Shown: piece after piece, positions 18,479-31,886 of the stretch | Position numbering within the stretch: position 1 is the first letter of the stretch | Layout: each line of letters begins with the position of its first letter | Assembly (NCBI RefSeq): GCF_009914755.1 | Contig: NC_060926.1 | Strand: one strand, 5' to 3' | Length of the DNA stretch: 64,000 bases | Source: the human T2T-CHM13v2.0 reference genome, Homo sapiens | Notes under the pieces: model-generated | The model's database searches: none | The model's input: the letters and a program-made list of their open reading frames with translations, nothing else | Told to the model about the DNA's origin: nothing | Position numbers and translations under genes: made by a program

Positions 18479-18719
18479 CAAGTCTTTGGGTAACTTCACT
18501 TTCTCAGCAAAACTGGCCCTAATTAATGTGCTAAAAATGAAGTCTCTTCCCACATATCATTGTCTTCCCCAATTTCCTTCCACAACAGCTTCACTTATGT
18601 GCCTCTGACCTCACTTCTAGTAAGTTCCAGATGGCAGAATACTTCACCACTGCCTCATTTCTAATGCATTGCTGCATCTTTTCATCATTTTTCATTTCCT
18701 CATTTATTCATTTATCCAA
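18479..18719. repeat. Local duplication cassette: direct copy of ~17664-17763 joined to an inverted copy of ~17941-18070
   Basis: Direct sequence comparison within the window. Confidence 0.93.
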
Positions 18720-19079
18720 TAAGCATTTTAAATGAATTAATAAAAAAGCAAGAAGGAAGGAAGGAATAAAGAAAGGGGAGAAGGAATAGAATAAGGCAGC
18801 GGTAAAATGTTCTCATCTGCATCTGACTATTCTTTGATCTTTTCTGGAACAAAAAAATTAGAGGCACAAAGATTATTAGTATACCTGAGACTGAGAATAA
18901 AGATTGGGGTTTAATGATTTATGTCCCACGATGGATCTTAACAATCTTAGATAAGAACTAAATAATTATTACCTAGAATATATGGCATACTACTATATGT
19001 CAGGAACTCTTCTAGGTTCTCTATCCAAATATATTTTAGTTTATTTTCAATTAGCTTTAATTAGTAAAAGTGGATCAAC

Positions 19080-19445
19080 ATGCTTCTTAAGAGAGGCTGC
19101 ATAAGCTCAAATCTAAGCTCCATTATTTATTAATTCTATGACTTTGGGTGAGTTACTTGACTTATCTAAGCCTTAGTTCTCTTATCAATAAAATTAGAGT
19201 AATAATTATACTTATCATAACATAGTTTTATTTACTAAACTTAATACTTAAATAAAGGCTTTAGCTGAGTGCTTGGGGAATTTAATAGTTGTAATTTAGT
19301 ATTTTTTTAACTTACAGAGTTCTCACATTAAAACTATACAGTAGGAATGATTATGTCATATGTGTAGGTGAGTAAACTGAGGCATTGATAAATAAAGTAA
19401 CTTGTTGAAGGTGAGAAAATGGAGATGAAGCTGTACTAGGAATTG
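19080..19445. mobile_element. Two MIR fragments in opposite orientations
   Basis: tgactttgggtgagttacttgacttatctaagccttagtt (+) and gtaggtgagtaaactgaggca (-). Confidence 0.65.
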
Positions 19446-19448
19446 AAA

Positions 19449-20220
19449 TGTATTAGTTCATTCTCATGCTGCTATAGGGACATACCCAAGACTGGGTAAT
19501 TTATAAAAGAAAGAGGTTTAATGGACTCATGGTTTCACGTGGCTTCGAAGGCCTCAGGAAACTTACAATCATGGCAGAAGAGGAACCAAACACATCCATC
19601 TACACGAGGTGGCAGGAGAGAGAGGTGCCAGCAAGGGAAATATCAGATGCTTATAAAACCATCAGATCTTGTGAGACTCACTGATTATCATGAGAACAGC
19701 ATAGTGGAAACCACTTCCATGATTCAATTACCTCTACCTGGTCCCGCCCTTGACACGTGGGGATTATTACAATTCAAGATGAGAATTCGTTGGGGACACA
19801 AAACCAAACCATATCATTCTGCCCTGGCCCCTCCCAAATCTCATGTTCTCACATTTCAAAACATAATCATGCCTTTCCAACAGTTCCCCAAAGTCTTAAC
19901 TCACTCCAACATTAGCCCCAAAGTCCATGTCCAAAGTCCCCTCTGAGACAAGGCAAGTTCCTTCTGCTTATGATGCTGTAAAATCAAAAGCAAGTTAGTT
20001 ACTTCCTAGATACAATGGGGCATTGTATAAATGGGGCACTGTACAGGCATTGAGTAAATACCGCCATTTCAAATGGGAGAAATTGGCCAAAACAAAGGGG
20101 CTCCAGGCAGAAACCGTCTCCCATGATTCACTTACCTCCAGCTCATCCTGCCCTTAACACGTGGAGATTATTACAATTCAAGGTGAGATTTGGGTGGAGA
20201 CATAGAGCCAAACCATACCA
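19449..20220 (-). mobile_element. THE1 element with internal deletion: complete 3' LTR (19449-19816), ~290 bp internal region (19817-20108), partial 5' LTR (20109-20220)
   Basis: The LTR end aaaccatatca/aaaccatacca occurs twice; THE1-int sequence ttctgccctggcccctcccaaatctcatg follows the first. Confidence 0.9.
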
Positions 20221-21183
20221 CTGAATATCAAGCTTTGCTCACTGTGATAGACAACTCATGGCTGCTCCTATACAAATCCATGAAACAATAAATATTACAT
20301 ATTAGGAAAAAAACTTCAAAGCAAGTTTTTCTGTCTTCAGCTTGTCAGAAATACTGCCTAGTGAGCCATGCAAGAGAGAGCATAGCAACCTTCCAGACTC
20401 ACATGAAAACACAGACACTGGACACTGAGCTATGAAATTAGCACAGAGTTAATAAGCTCAGAGATGGACAAACATAGTCTCAGAGATAAAATACTCCCTG
20501 GACTCAGGCTTGGGTGAACAAGGTCTTACTCACCTAATGAAAACTTTGCCAATTATAGAAGCTGTTCAGCAGTGGAGAACCAGAGAGACCAGGGAAAATG
20601 CCTGCAAAGAAGTTGCCTGGTACACATGTATTTGGATGAGGGCTTCATTTCTTCTAAGCTTTATAATAAAACATGCAGTGGTGGAAGCATCCAGTGTCCG
20701 GGTATGCCAGAGGGCCTGCAGGGAGAGAAATTTAGAACACGGCCAGAGAGCTTTCTAATACATAGAACCTTGTGGAGTTTATTATAATCAATTCATTTGC
20801 ATATTTTTTAATTTTATATACCCTGTATTTTTATTTCACATGAATCAACTTTCCAACTTAATTTATTATAAGACACTTAAAAATCAAGTTTCTAAACCTC
20901 AAGGCAAGGGGTCAGACAGCTTCTCTGTGATAAAAATCACAATTGAAAAGTCATCATTTCCCTACTGACATCATTCTTTTGTTGAAAGTTTCCTGCAATT
21001 TTCTTTGTATTAGCATCAAGATACATTGTCCAGAGCTACTCCTATCATTGTGAATAAAGACAAGAAATATATATAAATAGATACAATGATGATAGATTAG
21101 AAAGATAGAGATGTGTGTATATAGATAGGTATGTATTTTTATACATATGTATGTGTGTACAGAAAATATTTTACTTTTAATTT

Positions 21184-21739
21184 TGTATAAATTATCTATT
21201 GCTATGTAACAAACTGTCTCAAAATATGGTGCTTAAAATAACACACATTTATTTTCTTATATTTTTTTCTGGGGTCACTTATCTGGGCATGGCTTAGCTG
21301 GGTTCTCAACTTCAAGTTCTCTCAAAGGCTACAGTCAAGATATCAGTCAGGGCTGTGGTCTCAGCACCAGGCTTGCCTGGGGAAGGATGGGCTCCTAAGC
21401 TCATTCATGTGGTTGTAGGCAAGATCCCGTTGCCTGCAGAATGTGGAGCTGTGGGCCTCAGTTGCTTGCTGGCTGTTTGTTGGAAGCCAACCTTAGTTCC
21501 TTGTGGGTCTCTCCAACATGATAGCCTACTCAATCAAATCTATTGAGTGGGAGCATTTAACAGTAAGGTAGAAATTGTAATATTGTGTAACCTAACCACA
21601 CAAGTAACCATTCTATTATCCTTTCCATATTCTATGCTAAAATCAAGTTGCCCAACACAAAGAGATTACATGTGGCTATGAATACTAGCAGGTTGGGAAT
21701 ATAGAGGTGGTGGTGGTATTTAGAAGTCTACTGACCACA
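21184..21739 (-). mobile_element. MLT1F-like LTR
   Basis: tgtataaattatctattgctatgtaacaaa...gggcatggcttagctggg...ctactgaccaca. Confidence 0.85.
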
Positions 21740-22329
21740 GGATATTGTTTTCTGTCCATTATTTTACTTGCATGTTTATCATAATAAACCTCTGTGTTGA
21801 TTATTAATGCTGCTGTTTAAAAATGAAGAGGATGACATTTATAGATTCAAGTGACTTTTCCAGCATTGCAACACCAATAAAAAGCAGAATTAAGTGTTGA
21901 GCACACATATACCAGACTCCACAGCCTAACTCCCTTTCCTCTGCAAGTGTGCCTTATTTCTGAGGGTGGTAGAATCAGTGGCCATGAAATGTTAACTGGT
22001 GAAGGGCCTTGAGGAACACAGACAAGCTATGTTTATCCAAAGCTTGACCTGTGACACCCTTGGGTGTTTCTTCTTTTGATCTGTAGCTTCATCCAGCTCC
22101 TCTCAGTGAAGAACTAAGAATGAAAGAAGAAACCCTGTAAGATTCAGGGTGGTTTATTTCAAAAAACATTATGAATTACTAGAGAACATGTACTGAAAAC
22201 ACTTGGCAAGGTCCACTTTCAGAAAGTGTTTGATTAAAGAATTATGTGCCCAAATAATTTATTATCTGGTTACTGGAGGCCAATTATCAATATTCACAGA
22301 TACTCCTCAGATCTAGTTAAATGAGTTAA

Positions 22330-22460
22330 TTGAACTAAATTTAACCAAGATTTACTCAGATCTACTTTGTGCCAGGCACTGTGCTGGCTATTAAACATAC
22401 AAAATGAATGAAAAACAACTCTGTTTTTGAAAGGCTCAATGTTATAGAAGAGAAATTAAG
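22330..22460 (-). mobile_element. L2 3' tip
   Basis: atttactcagatctactttgtgccaggcactgtgctgg. Confidence 0.65.
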
Positions 22461-22846
22461 GAAAGAGACAGGCACTACTCCCAGAAGCAATCCTTCATGG
22501 GCAGTGAACGTCTCCTGAGGCTATACTAGTTTCACTGGAAGCAGGGGATGTCCAGAAACAATCATCTTGCTTAATTATGTGCCTCCGGGCAAAATAGTTC
22601 TGCTGAAGTCCTTTCAACCTACCTACTCACTCCCACTTCATCTTGGGAAGCAATTTATATTTTTCCTTCTCTCTTATACCTAAGAATCTAATGAAGATAG
22701 TGAAGGTTTTTTAATACTTGCCTTAACAAATACCTCTCATAGCAGACAGTAAAAATAAGAGTCCAGCAAAACTTTCGTAGGAACCCCAAAGTTACATCCA
22801 AGTGTACACACATTTTGCAATATCTAAACCTCTTCTGACACATGAT

Positions 22847-23047
22847 GTGGTGGCTTAAAACAACACACATTTATTATCTCACGGTTGCTTCTGGGGTCGT
22901 TTATTGGGGAATGGCTTTGCTGGGTCTTCAACTTCAAGGTTTCTCACAGGCTACAATGAAGGTTAGTGACATGGTTTCAGCACCAGCCTTGATGGGGAAA
23001 GTTTGCTTCAAAAGTGCATGCATGTGGTTGTTGGCTAGATTCAGTTG
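22847..23047 (-). mobile_element. MLT1F-like internal fragment with no LTR termini
   Basis: ggcttaaaacaacacacatttattatctcac...catgtggttgttggctagattcagtt; parallels 21226-21432. Confidence 0.8.
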
Positions 23048-24124
23048 ATTGTACTTGAGAAGTCAATCACAATCACAGCTCCTTACTTAAAAAAAAAAAA
23101 AAAAAAAGTAAAAGCCATTTGGATCGTTGCTGTAGAAGTGGCTGTTTTAGAAAACATTATATAATGTTTACCATCTGAATTAGCAAAGGTATATATATGA
23201 GGAAAGAGGAAAGATAAATAGAAAGAAATAAATGTCTTAAAAACAACTCATAATTCAAAGACCTTACAAGGTTAGTTGTATCTTTTGATCTAAACAAATA
23301 CTTCCAAAACTGAGATATTTCTTTATAAAGATGCCACTAATAGGACACAGAAAGCTAAATTAGTAACATTCATCATAATTACATTGAGATGCCAGGATTC
23401 ATTGGAAAGTGTGTTTGATCTCAAAAAAGAACCCATTTTCTCCATTTTCCATAGTGAATTTAAATATAACTTAATAAAGGACAGAAAAGAGGTAGAAGAA
23501 ACTTATGTTTGCCATACTTTGTTTGCGAGTCTTACAAGGACAGTTATAATAGTGCACATTTATTAAGACATCTTTTATATTTTCCTTATTTATTCTGTAT
23601 GACCCATGGGGCTTTGTGTTTATAAACAAACGTATTGCTAAAGCTACATAATTCAACAAGATAACATAATGTTGTTTATGAAATGAAACAACAAAATGCA
23701 TTTATCTAGATCTAAGTTCCACAATGTATAATTCAAAATGAATTATCTTGGGCCAGGAGAGATAGAGGCTGGCAGGGTTAGTGCATGAATTATTGTTAGG
23801 GTATTCAATAGCAAGACCACCATGGGTCCATCATCAGTAGAGGACTATTTAATTATCAAACCATCTGTTCTGAGAGAGACTGCAAGCACAGAAAAAAAAA
23901 AAAACTTCAATAGTTAATCCAATCATACATAGGTTTGTTAGAGATGATCATGGTACAGTGTCTGCTTTTAACAGGTGTTCTTACAAAACAGTAACATAAT
24001 TATTTAGAGATACATTCAATCTTTCACAGATATTTGTGGAATCATACAACCACAGAAGGCCAGGTCAGGAGAAATATATAATAGGCCAACACGTCTATTT
24101 AACATGTGGGTGACTTGCTCAAGA

Positions 24125-26897
24125 ATCAAACTAACATCATTCTTAATGATGAGAAACTAGGAGCTTTCCCACAAAGATCAGAAGCAAGGTGATGACATCC
24201 TCCCTTACCATTCTTTAAATATCATACTGGAAGTCATAGCTAATGCAGTAACAGAAAAAAAAAAAAAAAGAAATAAGAGACATAGATTTGGAAGAAGGAA
24301 ATAACTCTGTTCTTGTTGACAGATATAACATGATTATATATGTAGAAAATCCAAATGAATTGACAAAACAAAAACCAAACCAAACAAAAAATCTTCTGGA
24401 ACTAAAAGTAACTACAGCACAGTTGTAGGATACAAGGTTAATGTACAAAAGCTGACTGTTTTCCTATATACCACCAATGAACCGGTGACAAAACACATTA
24501 ACATTTACATTAGCAACCAAATAATGCAATACTTAATTATAAATCTAAATCTAACAGAAAATGTAAATATGTACAAGATCTATATGAGGAAAGCTAAAAA
24601 CACTAGTGAAACATACCAAAGTAGAAGTAAATAAATGGAAAGATTGTTTATGTTCACGGATGGAAATACAATATTGTTAAGATGTCAGTTATTCCCAATT
24701 TGATCTATAGATTCAGTGTGATTCCAATCAATCCCAGCAAGTTATTTTCTAGAACACAGAAACTTATTCTTAAGTGTATGGACAGGCAAAAGAGTCTAGA
24801 ATAGCCAACTCAATATTAAAAGAAAAGAGCAAAGTAGAAGTATGGACACTACCCAACTCTACAACTTACTATAAAGCTACCTTGATCAAGATGGTGTGGT
24901 ATTGGTGAAAGATAGATAAATAGATTAATAAAACAGAAGAGAGATCCCATGAAATAGACTTACATTGATATGATCAATTGGTCATTGACAAAGGAACAAA
25001 AACAATACAGCGAAAAAAAAGTCTTTTAGACAAATGGTGTTGGAACAACTGGAAATCAATATGACACAGATCCATTAGACACAGATCTTACACCCTTTAC
25101 ACAAGTGAACTCAAATTGGATTATATTCCTAAATGTAAAATGTAAAACTATATGAACCCATAGAAGACAACCAAGGAGAAAGCTTAGATGACATTGGCTA
25201 TGGTGTTGACTTTATAAGTAGAACACCAAAGGCACAGACCATGAATAAAATAATTGATAAGCCAGGGTTTTTGAAAAATTAAACACGTTTGTTCTGTGAA
25301 AGACACTATCTAGAGAATGGAAAGACAAGCAGCAGCGACTCTCATTCATTGCTGGTGGAAATGCAAATTGCTACATCCACTTTGGAAGACAGTTTCACAG
25401 TCTCTCACAAATCCAGCAACTATGCTTCTTGGTATTACCTAAATAACTTAAAAATTTATATCTATACATAAATCTACACATCAGTGTTTATAGCACCTTT
25501 ATTTATAATAGCCAAAACATGGACCCAGCCAAGATAACCTTCAGTAGGTGAATGAATACATTGTGGGCATCCAGAAAATGAAAAAAAAATAAAATAAAAT
25601 TCTGTGCTTAAAACAAAATGAGCTATAGAACCATGAAAAGAAAATATAAAATAAATGCATATTGTTAAGTGAAATAAGCCAATCTGAAAAGGCTACATAC
25701 AGTATGATTCCAGCTATACAACATTCTAGAAAAGGCAAAACCATGGGAAAGGTAAAAAGATCAGTGGTTGCCAAGGAATAGTGGGGAGGGAGGGATGAAT
25801 AGTCAAAGCATAGAAAATGTTTAACGCAGTGAAACTACTGTGTATAATGCTATACCAGTGGACACATGCTATTATACTTTTGTTCAAACCCATAGAATGT
25901 GCAATCCCAAGAGTGAACCCTCATTTTAGCTATGGCTTTTGGGTGATAATGATATGTCAATGTGAAACTGGAAGAGTTCCCTTATCCCTCTCGCAGTGTG
26001 TGCGATGAGGGTATGACTCGCTTTTTCGGTGCACTGCAACTCAGACCCCTAGGGGGATCATGCAGACGGGCAGTCATGAGGAGCGAGGGCTCTGACCCCA
26101 AGGCAGCATGTAGGATTGAGTGCTTACAGCTCCTGAAGTCCCAGTGGGCGTATGTTACAGTGCTCTCTTTCAGTTTAGCCACCTGCAGGTGGCTTGTGTT
26201 AATCAGCTCAATTAGACTCTCTGCCTTATCACAAGGACAGAGGGCCTTCTGGATCCAAGGTTCTTGCCTTGATGTACCAGAAAGATAAGATCACACATGG
26301 GCCTGGGGAATGAGTGCAAGGTTTTATTGAGTGGTAGAGGTAGCACTCAGCAGATGGATGGGGAACCAGAAGGGGGAAGGAGTGGGAAGATGGTCTTCCC
26401 CTTCTCCTCTGACTGCCCTTTGCCAAATTTCCCTAGGCATCGGCATTGTTACCTTTGATGGCCTGTCGAGGTGTGTGTTCTTCTGCCGCTGTGTTCTTCT
26501 TGATGTCTAGCCACTTGTGTCTGTGCCCGCTAGGGTCTCAGAGCTTTTATAGGCACAGGATGGGGGGCGTCACGGCCAGGGTGGTCTTTGAAAATGCAAC
26601 ATTTGGGCGCCAAAACAGGAGTGCCTGACCACACCTAGGTCCGTGGGCACAGACCCAAGGGTGGAGCCCTCACCAGTGACCTTGCCTTTCTCTACCCAGC
26701 ACTTTCCTGCCCCCTCTCCTGCCCCGTCTCCCGTATCAAATGTAGGTTCATCAATTGTAACAAATGTCCCACTTTGGTGAGGAACGTTTAATGGAGGAAT
26801 GTTTAATTGAAAGGGGTGTATAGGAACTCCCTGTGTCTTCCACTAAATTTTGCTGTGAACCTAAAACTGTCTCCCAAAATTAATTATATTTAAAAAG
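24125..26897 (+). mobile_element. L1MC1-like LINE (ORF2 3' relic and 3'UTR), split by an LTR1-family LTR
   Basis: Degraded ORF2 motifs; 3'UTR aagccaatctgaaaaggctacatac...gatcagtggttgcca; resumes after the LTR at aatgtaggttcatcaattgtaacaaatg. Confidence 0.88.
25963..26738 (-). mobile_element. ERV1 solo LTR (LTR1/MER52-type family)
   Basis: Minus strand reads tgatacggg...cctataaaa...ctcaataaaacc...ccagtttca; 776 bp; 4-bp TSD aatg at 25959-25962 / 26739-26742. Confidence 0.88.
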
Positions 26898-27065
26898 ATA
26901 TAAGCTCATCAATTCAAAAGCAATGAGGGAAAAGACAACTACAGACATAAAATGTTAGTAAAATTATAATGTAGTGACATGGATTTATGAGAGAACGGCT
27001 GAATTTCTAGGACATAGTATGATGGAATTTAAGCCTGGAAAGAGATAATTTAAAAGAAAAAAGCA

Positions 27066-27410
<345 letters not shown>

Positions 27411-27939
27411 TCATTCTGGAATCTCAGTAAATGCTCAAAAATCAGAACTATTGTGTACCTTTGTAAGGTGACGGGGGCAATGATGAAGCTAAAATAGGAA
27501 AATTGGTTGAAAATGCATAAAAGAAGCAGACTGATTCCTAGTGTGATTTTTCCCACCCTGCCACCAGATGACTACTTCTCCAGCATAAAATGATAGTTTG
27601 CTAACTAAATAGGAGAAAATGAATACTAAGAGGAAAATTAAACAAAATATGAAAACTGAATGTGAGATATCTCCAGTCATCTTTCTCTCACTGCCTCTAG
27701 CAAACTGCCACAGAGATTCACCTACAATCCCCCACCTCAGAGCATCCCTTTTCTGGGGGAAACGGAGCAGCATAATGAGGACATAGAGATAATCACCTCC
27801 AGTGAAAAGCAAGGTTCACGTGACATTCCCCAGTAGAAAAATCCTCCACTTGGCAAGTCCCCCTGTTTCCATATGTTTAGTGATTCCACTATAATTTTAG
27901 CAGTTGGGTTTTGAATATTAATAGACAACTAAAAATTAC

Positions 27940-28900
27940 TTCTCACTTAAACATACATCTAATATAAAATATAGACCCCAAAACAGCAGCAGCAAATTAC
28001 AAAAAAAAAGGCTTATTAGAAATAAAGAAATGTAGGAAGTTATCACCAACCAACCATGTGCTATTAACATGCTCAGAAAGAAGTGAAATGGTATGGTGGC
28101 CAGCAATAACATGGGAATGTGAAAATAAGAAATATTCACGTAATTAAAATGTACTTGTGGAATTAAATTATGGTGAAATAAATTTTGTGAAAAGGGCTTG
28201 TGATCAATTTATGAAAACCTTCCAATAAAGAAAACAACAAATGTAAAAATAGAAAACAGGAAAACAAATAGTAAGATGTTCAGAGGGTTGATTCAGGAAG
28301 TCCAACTTCCTAATAATATCAATGAAGGAGTGAGAAAAGAGCAACAAAATAGAAAATGTGGTGAGAATAAATATTTTTTTAAAACTGAAGAATTTAATGT
28401 TTGAAATTTTAAAGAGTTCACTGCATTTCCAGTATAATAAATGTAGGCAAATAAAATTGCACTACAAAACTTGCCATAGTAAATTTCAGACAACTGGTAA
28501 TAAGAACAAAAATGTTAAAAACTTTTAGATATAAAAAAGACCACTGAAATTTAATATCAGAGTGGATATGACCTTCTCAATTGCACAGGAAGCTATTAGA
28601 CAATGGAAAAACCTGAACATATTTGAAGAAAACCAGTATAGAACAACACCAAACAAAATTTTCAGTGAAGTGTGGAGATATTTGACTACAAGTTTTCAAA
28701 AAGGTTGCATTCTAAGTACACTGTTTCAGGAACTTCTGTGAGGTGGGTTACATTAAAAAGGGGAAATAAACAAAATACAGATATAGAATCTAGAAATGGG
28801 TATCCCATCTGAGGAGAAAGGTGAGGAAAGCTGCCTTGTTAACGTGTAAAAGGGAATCCTAAGAGTAATCTGTCACAGGCCTAGAGAACAAAGAGTTACC
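27940..28900 (+). mobile_element. HAL1 / ancient L1 ORF1-like relic
   Basis: A-rich; aggaagtccaac, tagtaaatttcaga, atcagagtgg, agacaatgga and ttcaggaacttct resemble degraded ORF1 motifs. Confidence 0.55.
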
Positions 28901-29259
28901 ATCAGGATGGTTTAACTCAGGTGAGCAGAAGAGATGCTTCCAAGTTTTCCCAATGTGTTCAACAGTTTTCCAGGGATGCCTGCCTTTGGGAGTATAATAG
29001 TGGTGATAACATAAAATATTTTATTGAGTAAATGAAAATAATGCCAGTTATTTATTCCAGGTCATTAAAATTATGTAATAAATATAATCAAAGTATGGTT
29101 TATGATCAGTCATGACATTATTCGAGAAAAAGAGAAAAGTGAATTGGGATCTTCTGGGGACAGGAAGCATGTGTAGTGGGGAAGAGACAGGGAGAGAACT
29201 GCATCCTGGAATTCTAAGTAGAACTCAGGAGATAATTTCAAATATTTAAGAAGACAATA

Positions 29260-29708
<449 letters not shown>

Positions 29709-29754
29709 TTAGAAATATGCAGGTGACTACAAGGAGGATTACATTATTGCCTCT

Positions 29755-31886
29755 ATTTTTCTTTTTCTTTTTTTAAAATTTTATTTTTTTTTAAATTACA
29801 CTTTAAATTCTAGGGTGCATGTGCACAATGTGCAGGTTTGTTACATAGGTATATATGTACCATGTTGGTTTGCTGCACCCATTAACTCATCATTTACATT
29901 AGGTATTTCTCCTAATGCTATCCCTCCTGCTGCCTCCCACCCCACAACAGGCCCTGGGGTGTGATGTTCCCCGCCCTGTGTCCAGGTGTTCTCATTGTTC
30001 AATTCCCACCTACGAGTGAGAATATGTGGCTTTGGTTTTCTGTCCTTGTGACAGTTTGATCAGAATGATGGTTTCCAGCTTCATCCATGTCCTTACGAAG
30101 GACATGAACTCATCCTTTTTTATGGTTGCATAGTATTCCATGGTGTATATGTGCCACATTTTCTTAATCCAGTCTATCATTGAGGGACATTTGGGTTGGT
30201 TCCAAGTCTTTGCTATTGTGAATAGTGCCACAATAAACATACATGTGCATGTGTCTTTATAGTAGCATGATTTATAATCCTTTGGGTATATAGCCAGTAA
30301 TGGGATGGCTGGGTCAAATGGTATTTCTAGTTTTAGATCCTTGAGGAATTGCCACGCTGTCTTCCACAATAGTTGAACTAGTTTACACTCCCACCAACAG
30401 TGTAAAAGTGTTTCTATTTCTCCACATCCTTTCCAGCGTCTGTTGTTTCCTCACTTTTTAATGATCACCATTCTAACTGGTATGAGATGGTATCTCATTG
30501 TGGTTTTGATTTGCACGTCTCTGATGGCCAGTGATGATGAGCATTTTTTATGCGTCTGTTGCCTGCATAACTGTCTTCTTTTGAGAAGTGTCTGTTCATA
30601 TCCTTCTCCCACTTGTTGATGGGGTTGTGTTTTTTTTTTTTTCTTGCAAATTTGTTTAAGTTCTTCGTATATTCTGGGTATTAGCTCTTTGTCAGATGGG
30701 TAGATTGCAAAATTTTTCTCCCATTCTGTAGGTTTCCTGTTCACTCTGATGGTAGTTTCTTTTGCTGTGAAGAAGTTCTTTAGTTTAATTAGATCCCATT
30801 TGTCTATTTTGGCTTTTGTTTCCATTGCTTTTGGTGTTTTAGACATGAAGTCCTTGCCCATGCCTATGTCCTGAATGGTATTGCCTAGGTTTTCTTCTAA
30901 GGTTTTCATGGTTTTAGGTCTAACATTTAAGTCTTTAATACATCTTGAATTAATTTTTGTATAAGGTGTAAGGAAGGGATCCAGTTTCAGCCTTCTACAT
31001 ATGGCTAGCCAGTTTTCCCAGCACCATTTATTAAATAGGGAATCCTTTCCCCATTTCTTGTTTTTGTCTGGTTTGCCAAAGATCAGATGGTTGTAGATAT
31101 GTGGTGTTATTTCTGAGGCCTGTGTTCTGTTCCATTTGTCTATATATCTGTTTTGGTACAAGTATCATGCTGTTTTGGTTACCGTAGGCTTGTAGTGTAG
31201 TTTGAAGTCAGGTAGCATGATGCCTTCAGCTTTGTTCTTTTTGCTTAGGATTGTCTTGACAATGCAGGCTCTTTTTTGGTTCCATATGAACTTTAAAGTA
31301 GTTTTTTCCAATTCTGTGAAGAAATTCATTGGTAGCTTGATGGGGATGGCATTGAATCTATAAATTACCTTCGGCAGTAGGGCCATTTTCACAAGATTGA
31401 TCCTTCCTATCCATAAGCATGGAATGTTCTTCCATTTGTTTGTGTCCTCTTTCATTTCATTGAGCAGTGGTTTGTAGTTCTTCTTGAAGAGGTCCTTCAC
31501 ATCCCTTGTAAGTTGTATTCCTAGGTATGTTATTCTCTTTGTAGCAATTGTGAATGGGAGTTCACTCATGATTTGTCTCTCTGATTGTCTGTTACTGGTG
31601 TATAGGAATGCTTGTGACTTTTGCACACTGATTTTGCATCCTGAGACTTTGCTGAAGTTGCTTATCAGCTTAAGGAGATTTTGGGCTGAGATGATGGGGT
31701 TTTCTAAATATACAATCATGTCATCTGTAAACAGGGACAATTTGACTACCCCTTTTCCTAACTGAACACCCTTTCTTTCTTTCTTTTGTGTGATTGCCCT
31801 GGCCAGAACTTCCAACACTATGTTGAATAGGAGTGGTGAGAGAGGGCATCATTATCTTGTGCCAGTTTTCAAAGGGAATGCTTCCA
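29755..31886 (-). mobile_element. LINE-1 (L1PA5/6-like), 5'-truncated, ~2.1 kb
   Basis: Minus-strand ORF fragments 31165-31818, 30451-31161 and 30010-30369 match ORF2p RT and C-terminus; antisense 3'UTR and T-rich tail. Confidence 0.97.
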
